Below, piece by piece: positions 26,439 through 39,480 of a stretch of 64,000 bases of DNA. The stretch lies in contig NW_027266280.1 of assembly GCF_022045235.1 (NCBI RefSeq), forward strand, positions 5,208,001 through 5,272,000, given 5' to 3'. The notes beneath the pieces were generated by a model. That model did not search any database. It was given only the letters and a program-made list of their open reading frames with translations, and was not told the origin of the DNA. The stretch is from Haliotis cracherodii (Eukaryota). The position numbers were made by a program, and so were the translations under genes. The number at the start of each line of letters is the position of its first letter. Positions within the stretch are counted from its first letter, which is position 1.

Positions 26439-26710
26439 CGTGAAGATTCCTGGGTAGAATAGGTCTTCAGCAACCCATGCTTGCCGTAAAAGGTGACTAT
26501 TCTTGTTGTAAAAGTCGACTAACGAGATCGGGTGGTCAGGCTCGCCGACTTGGTTGAAGCATGTCATCGATCCCAATTGCCTGGATTGATGCTCATGATA
26601 TTAATCACAGAATTGTCTGGTCCAGTCTCGATTATTTACAGAACGCCGTCATATAGCTGGAATATTTCTGAGTGTGGCGTAAAACAACAAACCATCCAAC
26701 CAACCAACCA
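26439..26710 (+). mobile_element. Family A element
   Basis: Consensus match with (CAAC)n tail. Confidence 0.85.
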
Positions 26711-27373
26711 TTCGGACAGTTGCATTGGCTTCGGTTATTTTCCCTTTCAACCCCGTAATTACTTATAATTCACCTTCGGATACAACAATTAGTTTGAAGG
26801 TAGACCTATCTTGAGCATCGATGTACGCAATTGGGATACGATGAAACGCTTCCACCAAGTCGCACCACCCGATCCCTGTCGCCTCAAGCATGGGCTGCTG
26901 AAGAACAATAATTCTAACCCGGATCTTTAAGGGGCATTTAAAAAGACAATGTACGTATGTAAGTAACGGTGCTTATTAAACGTTCCATATAGTTTGTGTT
27001 ATCTGTGTAAAAATTCTCCCTTTTAACCTTCGTTTGAACTCTGGCTGTTGTTTACTTGAATGGGGAATAACCTTAGGCATTTCTCTTGCCACATCTCAAA
27101 CAATGAATTCCTTCAAACCAAAGAATATCCTTTAAACAGACAGTAATGGCTACTTCGTGTAATCCATCATGTCAAACAGTTTAGTGGACACGTTCAGGCA
27201 CTATAGAAAAGGACATTAACATGCTTATCTATATACTAACAAACAACATCTACACCTCAAGGTCAACAATAACGTCAACATGTATTTCTTATGAAATACA
27301 GCTTCATTTCCATGTTGAGTTAACGGAAAATCCGGTTGGCCTGTTTTCGTGCGCGTCCTCCCGACTGGCGTCG

Positions 27374-27453
27374 TATTTAAAGAGCGATTGAAAACAAACA
27401 CAGCCAGTTGAACATCATTGCTGATTGTATTCGGACACCGCTAGTTTAAAAAG
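27374..27453 (+). promoter_or_regulatory. G2 TATA-like box, Inr and non-coding exon 1
   Basis: TATTTAAA at 27374; CCAGTT with the A at 27406 (+32); donor AAG|GTAAGT after 27453. Confidence 0.65.
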
Positions 27454-27544
27454 GTAAGTAAGCTTTTCATACTTGTCCTGTTTGTATTACACTATCCCAG
27501 ATATCACTGTCAGCCAACGAACCATGTCATCTCTTGTGGCGAAT

Positions 27545-27710
27545 GGGGCGGTCGGGTAGCCTAGTGGTTAAAGCGTTCGCTCGTCACGCCGAAGACCCGG
27601 GTTCGATTCCCGACATGGGTGCAATGTGTGAAACCAATTTCTGGTGTCACCCGCTGCGATATTGCTGGAATATTGCTAAAAGCGGCGAAAAAACTATACT
27701 CACTCATTCA
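27545..27710 (+). mobile_element. Family B tRNA-derived SINE (~165 bp)
   Basis: GGGGCGGTCGGGTAGCCTAGTGGTTAAAGCG..GGTTCGATTCCC A/B boxes; (CACT)n tail; TSD CTCTTGTGGC at 27531-27540 and 27711-27720. Confidence 0.9.
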
Positions 27711-28338
27711 CTCTTGTGGCTGATATAAGTCAAATGACAATCATCCTTGTACAATGACTGGGAATGTGTACTGCAATCAGATTAGGTTAAAACGTTGTAA
27801 CTGGAAGGGATCATGAGGAATTTGGGGAATTTTCATGTTTATGATTACTTTCTTCACATAATGTGTTTTTGGACGCATCCGTGTAAAAAAAAGCGACAAA
27901 ATCCTTTGATTATTTATAACAAATCATTCGATTGTACGATTCCGAGTATATCATAAACTGATTTCCGATGCAATAAAATATTTTTACTTAAACCATTTGC
28001 AACCCCTGTTTGTTCTGGTGAACACTTGCCTTGCCTTTGCACGCGTTTGTGACCGGTCACTCTTTGATATGATAATAGATAGGATTTTGAAGCTTTCATT
28101 TTCTTACTCAATCCCAATTAAAACGTTCCAACTATACAGCATCACTTGTGATTGGTAACAACTTCGATTTAGTTTCCATCGCTTTCTATAACCAGGTGGG
28201 TTCGGTTGTCACGAAATCAGATGATGTCATTTCATAGAATATTGGTATCATTATGTATGATTGGAACTGGTATATAATAATAACAGTATCATGATACACA
28301 TGATATTAAATATTCTTTTATCAGTCATATACATGGAG

Positions 28339-28510
28339 TGAGTGATCAGTGAGTGAATATGGTTTTAAGCCGCTTTTAGCAATATTCCAGCAATATCACG
28401 GCGGGGGACACCAGAAATGGGCTTCACGCATTGTACCCATGTCGGGAATCGAACCCGGGTCTTCGGCGTGACGAGCGAACGCTTTAACCCCTAGGCTACC
28501 CGACCGGCCC
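28339..28510 (-). mobile_element. Family B SINE
   Basis: Near-identical to other copies; TSD TCAT(A/G)TACATGGAG. Confidence 0.9.
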
Positions 28511-28950
28511 TCATGTACATGGAGATTTATCATTTGTACCATTACAGTCTTACATTAACAATAGCAAATACAAGTAGGCTTAAAATGAATTCAACGTTGT
28601 ATGTTAAACATTGTCAAGTACACCTCCAATAAGAAGGAGGCCTGTAAACAGTCGCGTCTGGGTCAGACAAACGAGTGATCGATATTGTGAGCAACGATCC
28701 ACGATGTCGGATAACCATCTGTCAGACTAGTCACCGAGCCCCACCACCCGATCCAATAATCCATTAAAAGTCGTCTCTTGGTATAGGTTGCTGTTGATGA
28801 ATTCTAACCCGAATTCAAAATGGTGGGTTAGGATATGTATGGTTTATGTCGAGGCCATGACGCTGTAAATATAGGACGCCGTGGAAGGGATGCCAAGAGG
28901 CGTATTTGATCAACCTTTCATTGTTTCTAATTCAGGAAGAAGAAGAAGAA

Positions 28951-29023
28951 ATGGAAATGAGGTACATCCCCATCGTCATCCTGATTGCCTGCTGCTGTAG
29001 CCTGGCAGGATGCAAGTCACTGC
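28951..29023 (+). CDS. G2 signal-peptide exon (MEMRYIPIVILIACCCSLAGCKSL)
   Basis: Acceptor TTTCTAATTCAG at 28935; hydrophobic core with CCC; phase-1 donor GTAAGA at 29024. Confidence 0.85.
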
Positions 29024-29444
29024 GTAAGACATTATGGACATTCCATCTACAATTCGCCGCCCAAAGCGCCACCTAGCGCAGGAAAGAAATCCCAGATTTC
29101 CCCTTAAATATGTTTCTAGGTTTACCAGCTCATTCCCATTTTCTTGGGTTTACCACATTAAGATGCCTGGCTGTGACATAATTAAAAATGAACAGAAAAA
29201 AACTCAAACTCAAATACTGTTCAAAGTGACGTTAAACCCAACCCGCTGATTCACTTGTTAAATATACATGTACACTTGTATTTATAAAACAATAATGTAT
29301 ATCATGTGTAGATACAGGCTCGTTTGTATAGAAAATTAAGGGACCAACATCATTAGAGTTGTACATGCATACAATGGCTGCATGTATTGGTGATTATTAC
29401 CATGACTTGTGATATTAAATATCTAATTATTTTTCTGATGCCAG

Positions 29445-29492
29445 GTAAACGGAGATTTGCACAACAACAACAACCACAAGCCACAGGCCAGT
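29445..29492 (+). CDS. G2 48-nt mini-exon (R-KRRFAQQQQPQATGQ)
   Basis: CCAG acceptor and GTAAGT donor, phase 1-1, open frame, RKRR site. Confidence 0.8.
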
Positions 29493-29721
29493 GTAAGTAC
29501 GTCTACCCCTCACACGATAGAACCTTTTCGGGAACACCTGGTGTCATCACTGATTTTCAGTGATCCATTTTCATAATTTTCACAGGCCCGTGTAAGTACC
29601 TTTACCCCTCACACGATAGAACCTTTTCGGGAACACTTGGTGTCATCACTGATTTTCAGTGATCCATTTTCATAATTTTCACAGGCCCGTGTAAATACGT
29701 CTACCCCTCACACGATAGAAC
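29482..29721. repeat. 99-bp tandem duplication (2.4 copies) including the mini-exon donor
   Basis: CACAGGCC(A/C)GTGTAA(G/A)TAC at 29482, 29581 and 29680. Confidence 0.9.
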
Positions 29722-30265
29722 TGCATACGTTGTACGTGCAATAGTTTTCTAAAAATGCTTACCCTTTTCGAGAATACCTGATGTCATAACTGATTATCAG
29801 TGATCCATTCATATAATTTTCACTGCTAATATGGAATCTTTTTCGGCGGATAAACGAGACATGTAATTCTCAGGCGTTGACGTTTTATATAAATTACTCA
29901 CAGTATATACCAAACAATTTGTTGAAAATACTATTTGTATTTGTATTAATCCATACACGACACCAGGGTGTAATAAACATGCGTATTTCGTAACCGTAAG
30001 AAACCTCTGCTAAAAGCAAAGTCCGTCGTTCGATTCCGACTATATCTGAAGCATTGGTTTATGAATCACTATCAATTAGTGTAGGTGTTTTGCTTAAAGC
30101 TGAGCACCAATCATAAACACATGCAAAGGCAAGTCAACTGTTCACCCGAAGAAAGCAGGGAACATATGGTACAAGTCAAAATAGGGACTTTCATCGACAT
30201 TTACTCACACCTTACAATGACAATTGTCAGAACATTCTATCTGACCTCTGTCCTTTTAATTTCAG

Positions 30266-30621
30266 ATTCGGGAAACATTGACCTAATAAGCCTGCTTCTT
30301 CAAGGTCAAAGTCAAGCCCAAAGTCAGAACGCTTCGGTGGGTGGCACCACATACTCTTTACAGAATCCATCACCTGTACCTGTCTATCAGCCATACTATG
30401 CCAATTATCAACAAGGGATGTCTCCGTACCAGAAGCTCCTCCAGTACTGGGTCATGATGAACAGAATGTACATCCCTGGCATGCAGATCACCAACGACCC
30501 TCGCTTCCCCGGAGGCGGTGTGGTCACTGCAGGTGATGGCAGAGATGGCACGGTCGTCAACCGTTACGGCATGCGGGCCACCGTTGACGGCACAGATATT
30601 TCTTGGGATGGCGGATGGTGA
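30266..30621 (+). CDS. G2 terminal exon: Q/Y-rich region plus conserved domain (158-aa protein)
   Basis: Acceptor TTTTAATTTCAG in phase 1; ..PGMQITNDPRFPGGGVVTAGDGRDGTVVNRYGMRATVDGTDISWDGGW*; shares TNDPRFPGG with G1. Confidence 0.9.
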
Positions 30622-32039
30622 ATTTGACAGTTTAATGTTTAGGCTAGTTATGTACTATTGCCATTTGGCACTTGTCTCAAAGCTACGTGGCCAGTCATTC
30701 CCGTTTCTGAGACTCGTCGAAGTTTTGTTTCATATATCTAATATCGGAAAGGTTTGCGAGGAAATCTTTTGAATTAAGAAATATGAACTCGTTCTAACGC
30801 GTGTCACTCGGCTTTCATTAGTACCATCTACATTCCATTACTCCCTTTATACATTACCTAAGCATAAATATGTCCACAACTACCACAGAATGGTAACTTT
30901 CCATAAATAATGATGTTTTTGTTTCATTGCTGTCCACATATTCGTCAGGGTATTTAATCTACTACCATTAGATAGTCCAGCTTGGTGCTGTTATGTTTAA
31001 TTTTATAAAGCAAACGGTTTGTGTGTTGAGTGATCACCTCAGTGCAAGTGGTGATTAAGACGTATATGGTATCCACGGAATTTTGTCTCTTAAGTCGTAA
31101 CATCCATCCGTGGCAAATTGCAGTTTAATTTTCTGTTCCATCTCTGAAAGTGCCAACATATGTGTACATCGGCGACATGTGAAAAACGTATGATGCGTTC
31201 ACTGTAAGAGATCACAGTGACATTTAGCTCCTTTCGAAATGTCCTCTTGTGTTGATAAAATGTATTTTGACAAACGACATTTCATTTCAAAGGGCCTTAA
31301 TCATTCTTTATCTTGTACAGTTATGGATAATAAAGTGTTGTTTTTTTATAAAGATCGTTTATCATAGTTTGTATTTGACACCTCTCGTATAACTCTCCTG
31401 TTTTCATTTGTTTGCGGAATGATTACATAGATTATTCAGAATGACAAGGATCATTTGTTTAACAGAAAACATAATAATGTAACAGTCCGTCTAAAGAAGC
31501 ATGATAAGATGACAATGAGTTCCGATCATCCGCTGAAACACAATCTACCAGGCGTAAAGGTAGAATAACAGTGAAACTTAAATGAATGGATCACTGAAAA
31601 TCAGTGAAGACTCCAGGTTCTCGCGCCAAGGGTGAGGGTGTCCTGCCCTAAGTGTATCATCCGCCTCCCACACAATGGTAGTGAGAAACGTGTTCGTCAG
31701 GTGCCCGACCCGCAGAGAAGTGTTCTTGCCATACGACCGTATATAAACATTCAAGAGCGGCGGTTCGCCCCGATTATGTTTCTAGGTTTGTCAGCACCAT
31801 ACACGTGCTCGGGGGTTTCACCAAAGTGGTAAAGTCTGAGACCTGCATCACTTCAGGCCTTACCCCCACATTAAGCTGACACGCCGTGATATAACTGGAA
31901 TACTGTTCAAAGCTGCTTTAAATACACCTCACTCACTCATTCAAGTGATGACCCAATGACTGTCAGACTACAGTAGACATTTACATATCCATCTGTTTCA
32001 AGATAAGGAATTTTACAGACAATTATACGTACTTATACG

Positions 32040-32282
32040 AGAATTTATGGATATCAACTTCTTTATTATGAGGAACACAACGTTTTGGAGTATATTCTTA
32101 CTCCTTCATCAGGTGAATAAATGCTATGAAGCAGAGAACATATAGCATTTATTCAGAGCAAGTATTCACCTGATGAAGGGGAAAGTATATACTCCGAAAT
32201 CTTGTGTTCCTCATAAAACAGAAGTTGAAATCCATAAATTCTCATCCTTATGTGTATCACTTCTTAATGCCTTTCAAAGACT
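32040..32282. mobile_element. Inverted pair of Penelope-type pLTR fragments, each with a degenerate hammerhead
   Basis: Inverted arms of about 80 bp; CAC-CTGATGA-A-GG(A/G)G..CTCC-(G/A)AAA..TT-GTG on both strands. Same family at 47488-47560 and as another inverted pair at 58843-59025. Confidence 0.7.
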
Positions 32283-32587
32283 TCATATGTTTCATGATAA
32301 TCCCTCGATTCACATGTGTAATTGTGATTCTCTTCACCATTGCTGACCATACATTACCTTATTTAAATGTGAATGTCTGTGCCCTGACTGGTTGAAACAG
32401 TGTCTGTGATCGCAGCTCACTTCTCTGGACCTCTCATTGGGTATGATAAATGGTCTTGATAAGTATCATTTGCAAAGTTGGAAACCGTTCAATTTGGCGC
32501 AGGCGTCACGAATACTGCATCAATTTTAATTTCGCTTCATTAATATTTATGAAATGATTCGATTTAGTATGTTGTTCACTGTATGTG

Positions 32588-32627
<40 letters not shown>

Positions 32628-33553
32628 CTGCTTGCACTAGTCCGGACTAATGCCGATTTTATCATGCTAGCTCGCTGAGATACCATGCCTCCATTTACAA
32701 GAATACCACAATCAGACGAAGTATACTGACTCCGAGCCGACGAGTTCTTGTTTGAGCCCCTTAATGCTGACCGCCAGACAGGGTAACAACAAGTCCGTCT
32801 TTTAACGTATTTGGAATGACTCGGTTTAGGATCGAACCCCGGACCTTCCGCTCTCCGGGCGGACACACGGAGGCGGTCTATTCTCTGTAACCAAAACATA
32901 TAATAGAAAAGAATATTTCAATTCAGTCGTCAGTGTAACAGGGCGCTATGATGTAATTCAGTAAAGAACTTTCTTTTTTGTTCCTGATTGACACAGTCTA
33001 AAGTAAATCCAGACAACAAAGAAGCACAATGTTTGCACGTGCCTGAAAAAAATCGACGGCGACAATAAACGAGAACTAAACACGTCCGTCTGAAGCCTGT
33101 AACTACAATATTAAGGCGCAACAACCCACAACATGACATTAAATTAGGAAAATGGCACCAGATTTAAAACAAAAAAGACATCTGGTGTCTCCATTGTAAT
33201 TGCAATAATTCATGAGTAGAGTTATTCGGTGCTTAAATTTGTGGCAGCTCGAAAACCCTGAGGCATGGACTTGTTAAAGTAAGTTGTCTTGCCGGTTGAA
33301 AGGGTATTGACTTGTACGCCATTTTCGGGAAAAACGCCAGACATATATATCTAACTGAATGTCTGTGTTTTGTCGAGGGAGAGGGTGGGGGCGATTGTTA
33401 GACTCGTGGTTAAAACGTTCGCTCCTCACTCCGAATGCCCGCATTCTCTTTCCTACAAGGGAAAACATTTCACGTACTCATTGTAATTGCACCAAAGTGG
33501 TAAACTTCCGGGACCTCAGCATTACCTTTTCAATGAACTCTTGTAGGTTTTCA

Positions 33554-33893
33554 GGTGAGGTGAGGTGAAATGGGGTTTAACGTCGAGTCCAAGATTATTG
33601 CACTTATATAGCGACGTGCATGTACGTGTGTGTGTTTGTGTGGCTGCTTGTACTAGTCCGGACTGATGCCGATTTATAGTGGTAGCTCACTGAGATACCA
33701 TGCCGCAGTTTAACATGAATACCCCACTCAGACACAGTGTACTGACTCCAAGCCGACCAGTCCTTGTTTTAGCCCCTTAATGCCGAGCGCCAGACAGGGT
33801 AACAACAAGTACCATCTTTTAACGTCTTTTGGTATGATGCGGTCGGGGATGGAACCCCGGACCTTCCGCTCTCCCACAAGACCACGGAGGCGG
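33554..33893 (-). mobile_element. Family D SINE
   Basis: Match to 5333-5650; flanked by duplicated TAGGTTTTCAG. Confidence 0.85.
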
Positions 33894-35269
33894 TTTATAG
33901 GTTTTCAGAGTATAGTTTGCAAAGGGCAACGGGCTGTCTGCCACATTCAAGTGACATGACCGAAAATATGTACAAGTCCAATGTGCAGTTCTTAAAGGCG
34001 TTCACGTTAGAAAATACATGTATTGTACTCTTTTAGTGGGGATTTCACTGCTATGTTGAGTTATGGACTCGAGACTCACTCACTCACTTACTCACTCGAC
34101 CACTCACTCGATCACTCACTGTATTATTCATAAAAGCTTGACTACCCAATTCAGACACAGTATACTGACTCCGAGTCGACCAGTCCTTGTTTTAAGCCAC
34201 TTAATAACGAGCGCCAGACAGGGTAACAACGAGTTCCATCATTAAACGTCATTTTGGATGACGCGGCCGGGGATCGAACCCGGGACCTACCGCTCTCCGG
34301 GCGGACGCTCTACCACTAGACCACGGAGGCGGTCCAAATCAGTGATGACACCAGGTGTTAGCGAGAGGGTAAGCAGGTCCTGTTCTGGAGCCACACCCCA
34401 GTATTCCTGCCAAGGGAAGCGCAAATACTATCTGGTGTATATCATGCAGCATCTGTAAATCACAACATATGCAGTGTCAGGTATGACAGGTGTGTGCCCT
34501 TTGATCTAAAAAATGACAATGTGACTTTATTATGGTGAAAATGGCTCAGGTTATAACCCTCATGGGCGTAAACCCACAGCCACATAACTCAGCTTTCACG
34601 TGGAGTCTTACATCACATAAATATGTTAGCCACACCTGTCGGTGCATATTAGTTTTCTGATCACATGAAATTCCTTCTTTGTCCCCATGTCAAAGGTGGC
34701 GCTATATAAGCATAATTATTAAGAGTGCTCGTAGATATTTGCAAAAGCACATGAGGCCTGGAAGGAGATTGAGGTGGGTTGTTTATATATCGGTATATCC
34801 TGGTACTAATATGTGTTTGTTTACCTGTGATCATAACGCTGTATCTACATGCATGGTATGATACGTTGGAGTCTGTTGACGTACGTGTACCTCAAACATC
34901 TTAAAATTGCTTAATGAAAGTGTTTTCATAATGGCAGGATATTCCTGTGTTTTGGATATTCCTTTGATGTTAACATTTTTCATAATAAACATGGGAAGTC
35001 ACAGGTATATTTCACTAGTCGGATCGGGTGGTCAGGCTTGCTGATTTGGTTGATGTCATGTCATCGTATCCCAATTGCGTAGATCGATGCTGATGATGTC
35101 AATCACTGGATTGTCTGTTCCAGTACGTATGGCAGGTTTCTAATCTAGTGTTTTTGAGGTTTGTTTTGTTTTGTTTTGTTTGTTTGTTTGTCGCCGCACT
35201 CAGCAGAAGCAGTGGTAGTTGTAGTTGTAGTAGTTGTAGTAGTAGTTGTTGAAGTATTAGAAGTATTAG

Positions 35270-35838
35270 TGAGTTATTCAGTATTCCAGTTATATCGCGG
35301 CGTGTCAGCTTAATGTGGGAGGAAAGCCCGAAGTGATGCAGGCCTCAGACGTTTCCCACTTCGGTGAAACCCACGAACACGGGTATGGTGCTTACAAACC
35401 TAGAAACATAATCGGGGCGAAACGGGATTCGAACCCACAGTCAAAGGTTTCTGGCGTGCCCAAGGGACGCACCTCTGCACAGCGAATCGCGGCGCCTTAG
35501 ACAACTAGGCCACCCGTGGCCCCCATTAGTAATAGTAGTTGTAGTAGTAGTAGAAGTAGTGAGTGAGTGAGTGAGTTGTGTTTAACGCCGCTTTTAACAG
35601 TATTCCAGTTATATCACGGCGTGTCAGCTAAATGTGGGAGGAAAGCCCGAAGTGATGCAGGTCTAAGACGTTTACCACTTCGGTGAAACCCACGAGCACG
35701 GGTATGGTGCTGACAAACCTAGAAACATAATCGGGGCGAACCGGGATTCGACACAATCATAGGTTTCTGGTGTGCCCAAGGAACGCAACTCTGCACAGCG
35801 AATCGCGGCGCCTTAGACGACTGGGCCATCCGTGCCCC
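35270..35838 (-). mobile_element. Two tandem family C SINEs within a (GTA)n tract
   Basis: Copies at about 35270-35524 and 35558-35838, separated and flanked by GTA repeats. Confidence 0.9.
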
Positions 35839-35875
35839 AGTAGAAGTAGTAGTAGGAGTAGTGGTAGGAGTAGTG

Positions 35876-35921
<46 letters not shown>

Positions 35922-35994
35922 CAGAAGTAGTAGTAGGAGTAGTGGTAGTAATAGAAGTAGTAGTAGTTGTAGTTGTAGTAATAGTAGTTGTTGT
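35839..35994. repeat. (GTA)n microsatellite
   Basis: Seen directly in sequence. Confidence 0.95.
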
Positions 35995-36221
35995 TTTCAT
36001 ATAATACCATAAACGTAGAGCTAAGAGTGTTCATATGATGTTATTTGAATTTCACTCTTAGTAACCTTATGGTTCAATATCTGAATACTTTAATCGTTTG
36101 AGTTACGTGATTCTGAAAAAGCGATTGTCATAAGAACATACACATTCTGTCACAGTTACTTCTGTATCTGTATATACGGGAAAAGGATTTAATTTCCATT
36201 TGTTTGTTTCAGGAATTGACA

Positions 36222-36279
36222 ATGACGGCGCTCGTAGCTCTGTTGGCCTGTTGGTTTATTGGATCTGTGTCAAGCCAAC
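36222..36279 (+). CDS. G3 signal-peptide exon (MTALVALLACWFIGSVSSQ)
   Basis: Acceptor TTTGTTTGTTTCAG at 36212; ATG at 36222; phase-1 donor GTAGGT at 36280. Confidence 0.8.
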
Positions 36280-36486
36280 GTAGGTATACACCGTACGACT
36301 AGATGTGCTGTTGCTATGATTTGAATTTCAATGTGATGATAATATTTCAATGAAAATAAACAGTTAACATGTAAGTTCGGTGTACAATAGAAAGAAGAAT
36401 ATTACCAAGAGGAACATTTTTCTTCACATACATTTCAACACAAATATGTTTATTACTATGAACAGGTGTTATAATCACCTAAACAG

Positions 36487-36650
36487 AGTGAGTGAGTATG
36501 GTTTTACGCCGCTTTTATCAATATTCCAACAATATCACGGCGGGGGACACCAGAAATGGGCTTCATACATTGTCCCCATGTCGGGAATCGAACCTGGGTC
36601 TTTGGCGTAACGAGCTAACGCTTTAACCACTTGGCTACCCTACCGCCCCC
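36487..36650 (-). mobile_element. Family B SINE in the G3 intron (rearranged + strand fragments also at 36797-37025)
   Basis: Consensus match; imperfect TSD ATCA.CT.AACA. Confidence 0.85.
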
Positions 36651-37085
36651 ATCATCTGAACAATCAAATGTATTTTACAACAAATCATTTAGTGACAAAA
36701 CCGTATGTGAATTAATAAGAACACAACAGAAGTGAAAGAAAAAAATCGTATTAACAAATGCGAATCATCATACTTATATTCTTTTCAATCCAGATTGGGG
36801 GCGGTGGAGTAGGCTAGTGGTTAAAGCGTTGCAATGTGTGAAGCCCATTTCTGGTGTCCCCCGCCATGATAGTACTGGAATATTGCTAATTCACTCACTC
36901 TAGGTTGGTAAATGTTCGTTCGTCACGCCGAAGAACCGGGTTCGATTCCCGATGTATGAAGCCCATTTCTGGTGTCCCTCGTCCTGATATTGTTGGATAA
37001 TGGCTAAAACCATATTCAATCAATCTATGTGGTTGTTTTGTCTATGCATTATTAATATATTTGTTATTTGTATTTCCATTCACAG

Positions 37086-37795
37086 GCATCATATGGTCAG
37101 GAAGTCCAAGAGAGATAACCATTCCCCTGGATGGAACTGGACCTCAGATCTCGGGGATTCCCCTGGGTCCTCAGATCTCGGGGATTCCGCTGGGACCCAA
37201 GATCTCAGTGATTCCTCTGCCACTTCAGATCTCGGGGACTCCTCTGGTACCTCAAACCTCAGCCCAAGTAGAGGTTCGATCGCAACCATGGCTTCTTAAA
37301 ACAAACTCCTTCCCCCAATCGCAGACTTTCACTGCCAAGTATCCTCACTTCCCATTGCGCTACCCCAAGGTATTCCCGATGCCGTATGTTCCAAAACCTC
37401 AAATCCAGACTCCCCAACAACCATTAAGACTACATTATCCTCAAATGCATGGCTACCAAAATCTTAAGCCTCAAATTAAACAATTTAAACCCCAACACGG
37501 AGCGCCTCTCTCTGCCTGGAAAAACAGCCCCGGCGGAAACGTCCTTGTTGTTCCTTTTGCGTCTTCAAATAAAGTGCAAACGGATCCAGTTGTCATGGCG
37601 GGATACATCCGCGCTTTGAAGAGTGGAGATCCGTGGAAACCTACCTTCCTACCTGGACAAGTCATCCCGAGCAATCTACTAATACCCGGCGGTGGTGTCG
37701 TTCTAGCCGGAGACGGAAGTGATGCAACTGTCGCTGGCCCAGCCGGAAGTTTTTCAATTGATGGAGGTGATGTGGACAGGGTTAGTGTTGTTTAA
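37086..37795 (+). CDS. G3 terminal exon: P/Q-rich with four PQISGIPLG-type repeats plus conserved domain (255-aa protein)
   Basis: Acceptor TTTCCATTCACAG in phase 1; ends ..LPGQVIPSNLLIPGGGVVLAGDGSDATVAGPAGSFSIDGGDVDRVSVV*. Confidence 0.9.
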
Positions 37796-38744
37796 AGTGA
37801 CATCGGCGTCTTTTCGTTTGGTTATGAAACATGGTGACAGTGTGCCCCTGTAGGATGTTCTATAAGTGCTCTATGGGGGCTGTGAAATGGACATTAAGAC
37901 AGGTGTGTAGGTATTATTTTAATTTTGTATTTTGTCTTTGAAACCGGGATTATTACTTTCCATACAACTGGATAATTACCCTGGATAAACGAGGCACCCA
38001 ACATTCATCCGGATGCCCAACGTAATGAACATCCAAGACGTGTATATTTCCAGCTGTGAAAGACCAACATTGCTTTCATGACTTAGAGCCATGGTAGACA
38101 TACGTGACGTGTTCTGTCCAGGTCTGTTGCTGTTCCACGTGGAATTGATTACCAGTGTTTCGGTGATCGATGTCAGAAGAAGTGCGCAAGGATATAACAG
38201 CTTGAATGTTACTGCATAAAGTACAATCATCAGTCGGTCGTTTCTTATTCCTACACATTCCCTACACAAGCGGACATTACAAAACGAGGTCATGTAATAT
38301 TGTAAAAGGATTTTTTCATAAGATATTTGCACCACCCATGTGATAAGGGACATTAAGGGTGAAAAATCACATTATTAATTTTCATTATATTTTAGAACTA
38401 CAGCATTTCGGAACACAGAAAATACTATTCACAAGCTTCAATTCATACTTATAACAGAGATACATGACATCACACATGGTGATCTTCACTGAAGTAAGTT
38501 GGCGTCAAATGTCTTTATGATATCACAGCATAATTGTATCCTAGCACCCATAAGGCCCATGTTCACCTGGTGGATCCCATTTATCTTTTTAAAGATGCGT
38601 TAAGTGTACCCACAAACATTCGTATTGGAGTTTCAGCACTAACCACACCTCAAACTTTCTTTCCATTGAATCGACGGCGCCTGAGTGTCGTTTATGGTGA
38701 TAGATTCATTTCTTTATTAATATGTAAAACGTCACTCAAGAAAA

Positions 38745-39480
38745 CTATCCAGCCACGCATGAGCAGGTTGTCTTAAATAACAATATGCTGCAAAACATGC
38801 ACACAGTTTGGCCGTTATACATGTTCACATGTAAAACTTCTCTCACGAGAAGTATCCATGGCCAGCCACGCATGAGCAGGTTGTCTTAATGAACAATATG
38901 CTACAAAACATGCACACAGTTTGGCCGTTATACATGTTCACATGTAAAACTTCTCTCAAGAGAACTATCCAGCCACGCATGAGCAGGTTGTCTTAATGAA
39001 CAATATGCTACAAAACATGCACACAGTTTGGCCGTTATACATGTTCACATGTAAAACTTCTCTCAAGAGAATTATCCAGCCACGCATGAGCAGGTTGTCT
39101 TAATGAACAATATGCTACAAAACATACACACAGTTTGGCCGTTATACATGTTCACATGTAAAACTTCTCTCAAGAGAATTATCCAGCGATGCATGAGCAG
39201 GTTGTCTTAATGAACAATATGCTACAAAACATGCACACAGTTTGGCCGTTATAAATGTTCACATGTAAAACTTCTCTCAAGAGAACTATCAAGTCACAGA
39301 TGAGCAGGTTGTCTTAAATTACAATATGCTACAAAACATGCACACAGTTTGGCTGTTATACATGTTCATAATAAAACTTCTCTCAAGAGAATTATCAAAT
39401 CACAGATGAGCAGGTTGTCTTAAAAAACAATATGCAACAGAATAGTTGGCTGATATACACACATGTATGTTAACATGTAA
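38745..39480. repeat. 107-bp tandem repeat, about 6.5 copies
   Basis: CAGCCACGCATGAGCAGGTTGTCTTAA recurs at 107-bp spacing (e.g. 38970, 39077). Confidence 0.95.

Noticed and set aside
27545-27620. tRNA-like sequences (also 23681, 59246 and others)
   Set aside because: They are SINE heads: no proper cloverleaf, and they are followed by SINE body, tail and TSDs.
34703-34773. Candidate G3 promoter and first exon (TATATAAG .. GAG|GTGGGT)
   Set aside because: No Inr at the expected spacing and it would add an upstream ATG. The G3 first exon remains unlocated.
35719-36034. Poly-Thr, poly-Ser and poly-Tyr ORFs
   Set aside because: A (GTA)n microsatellite running into a SINE.
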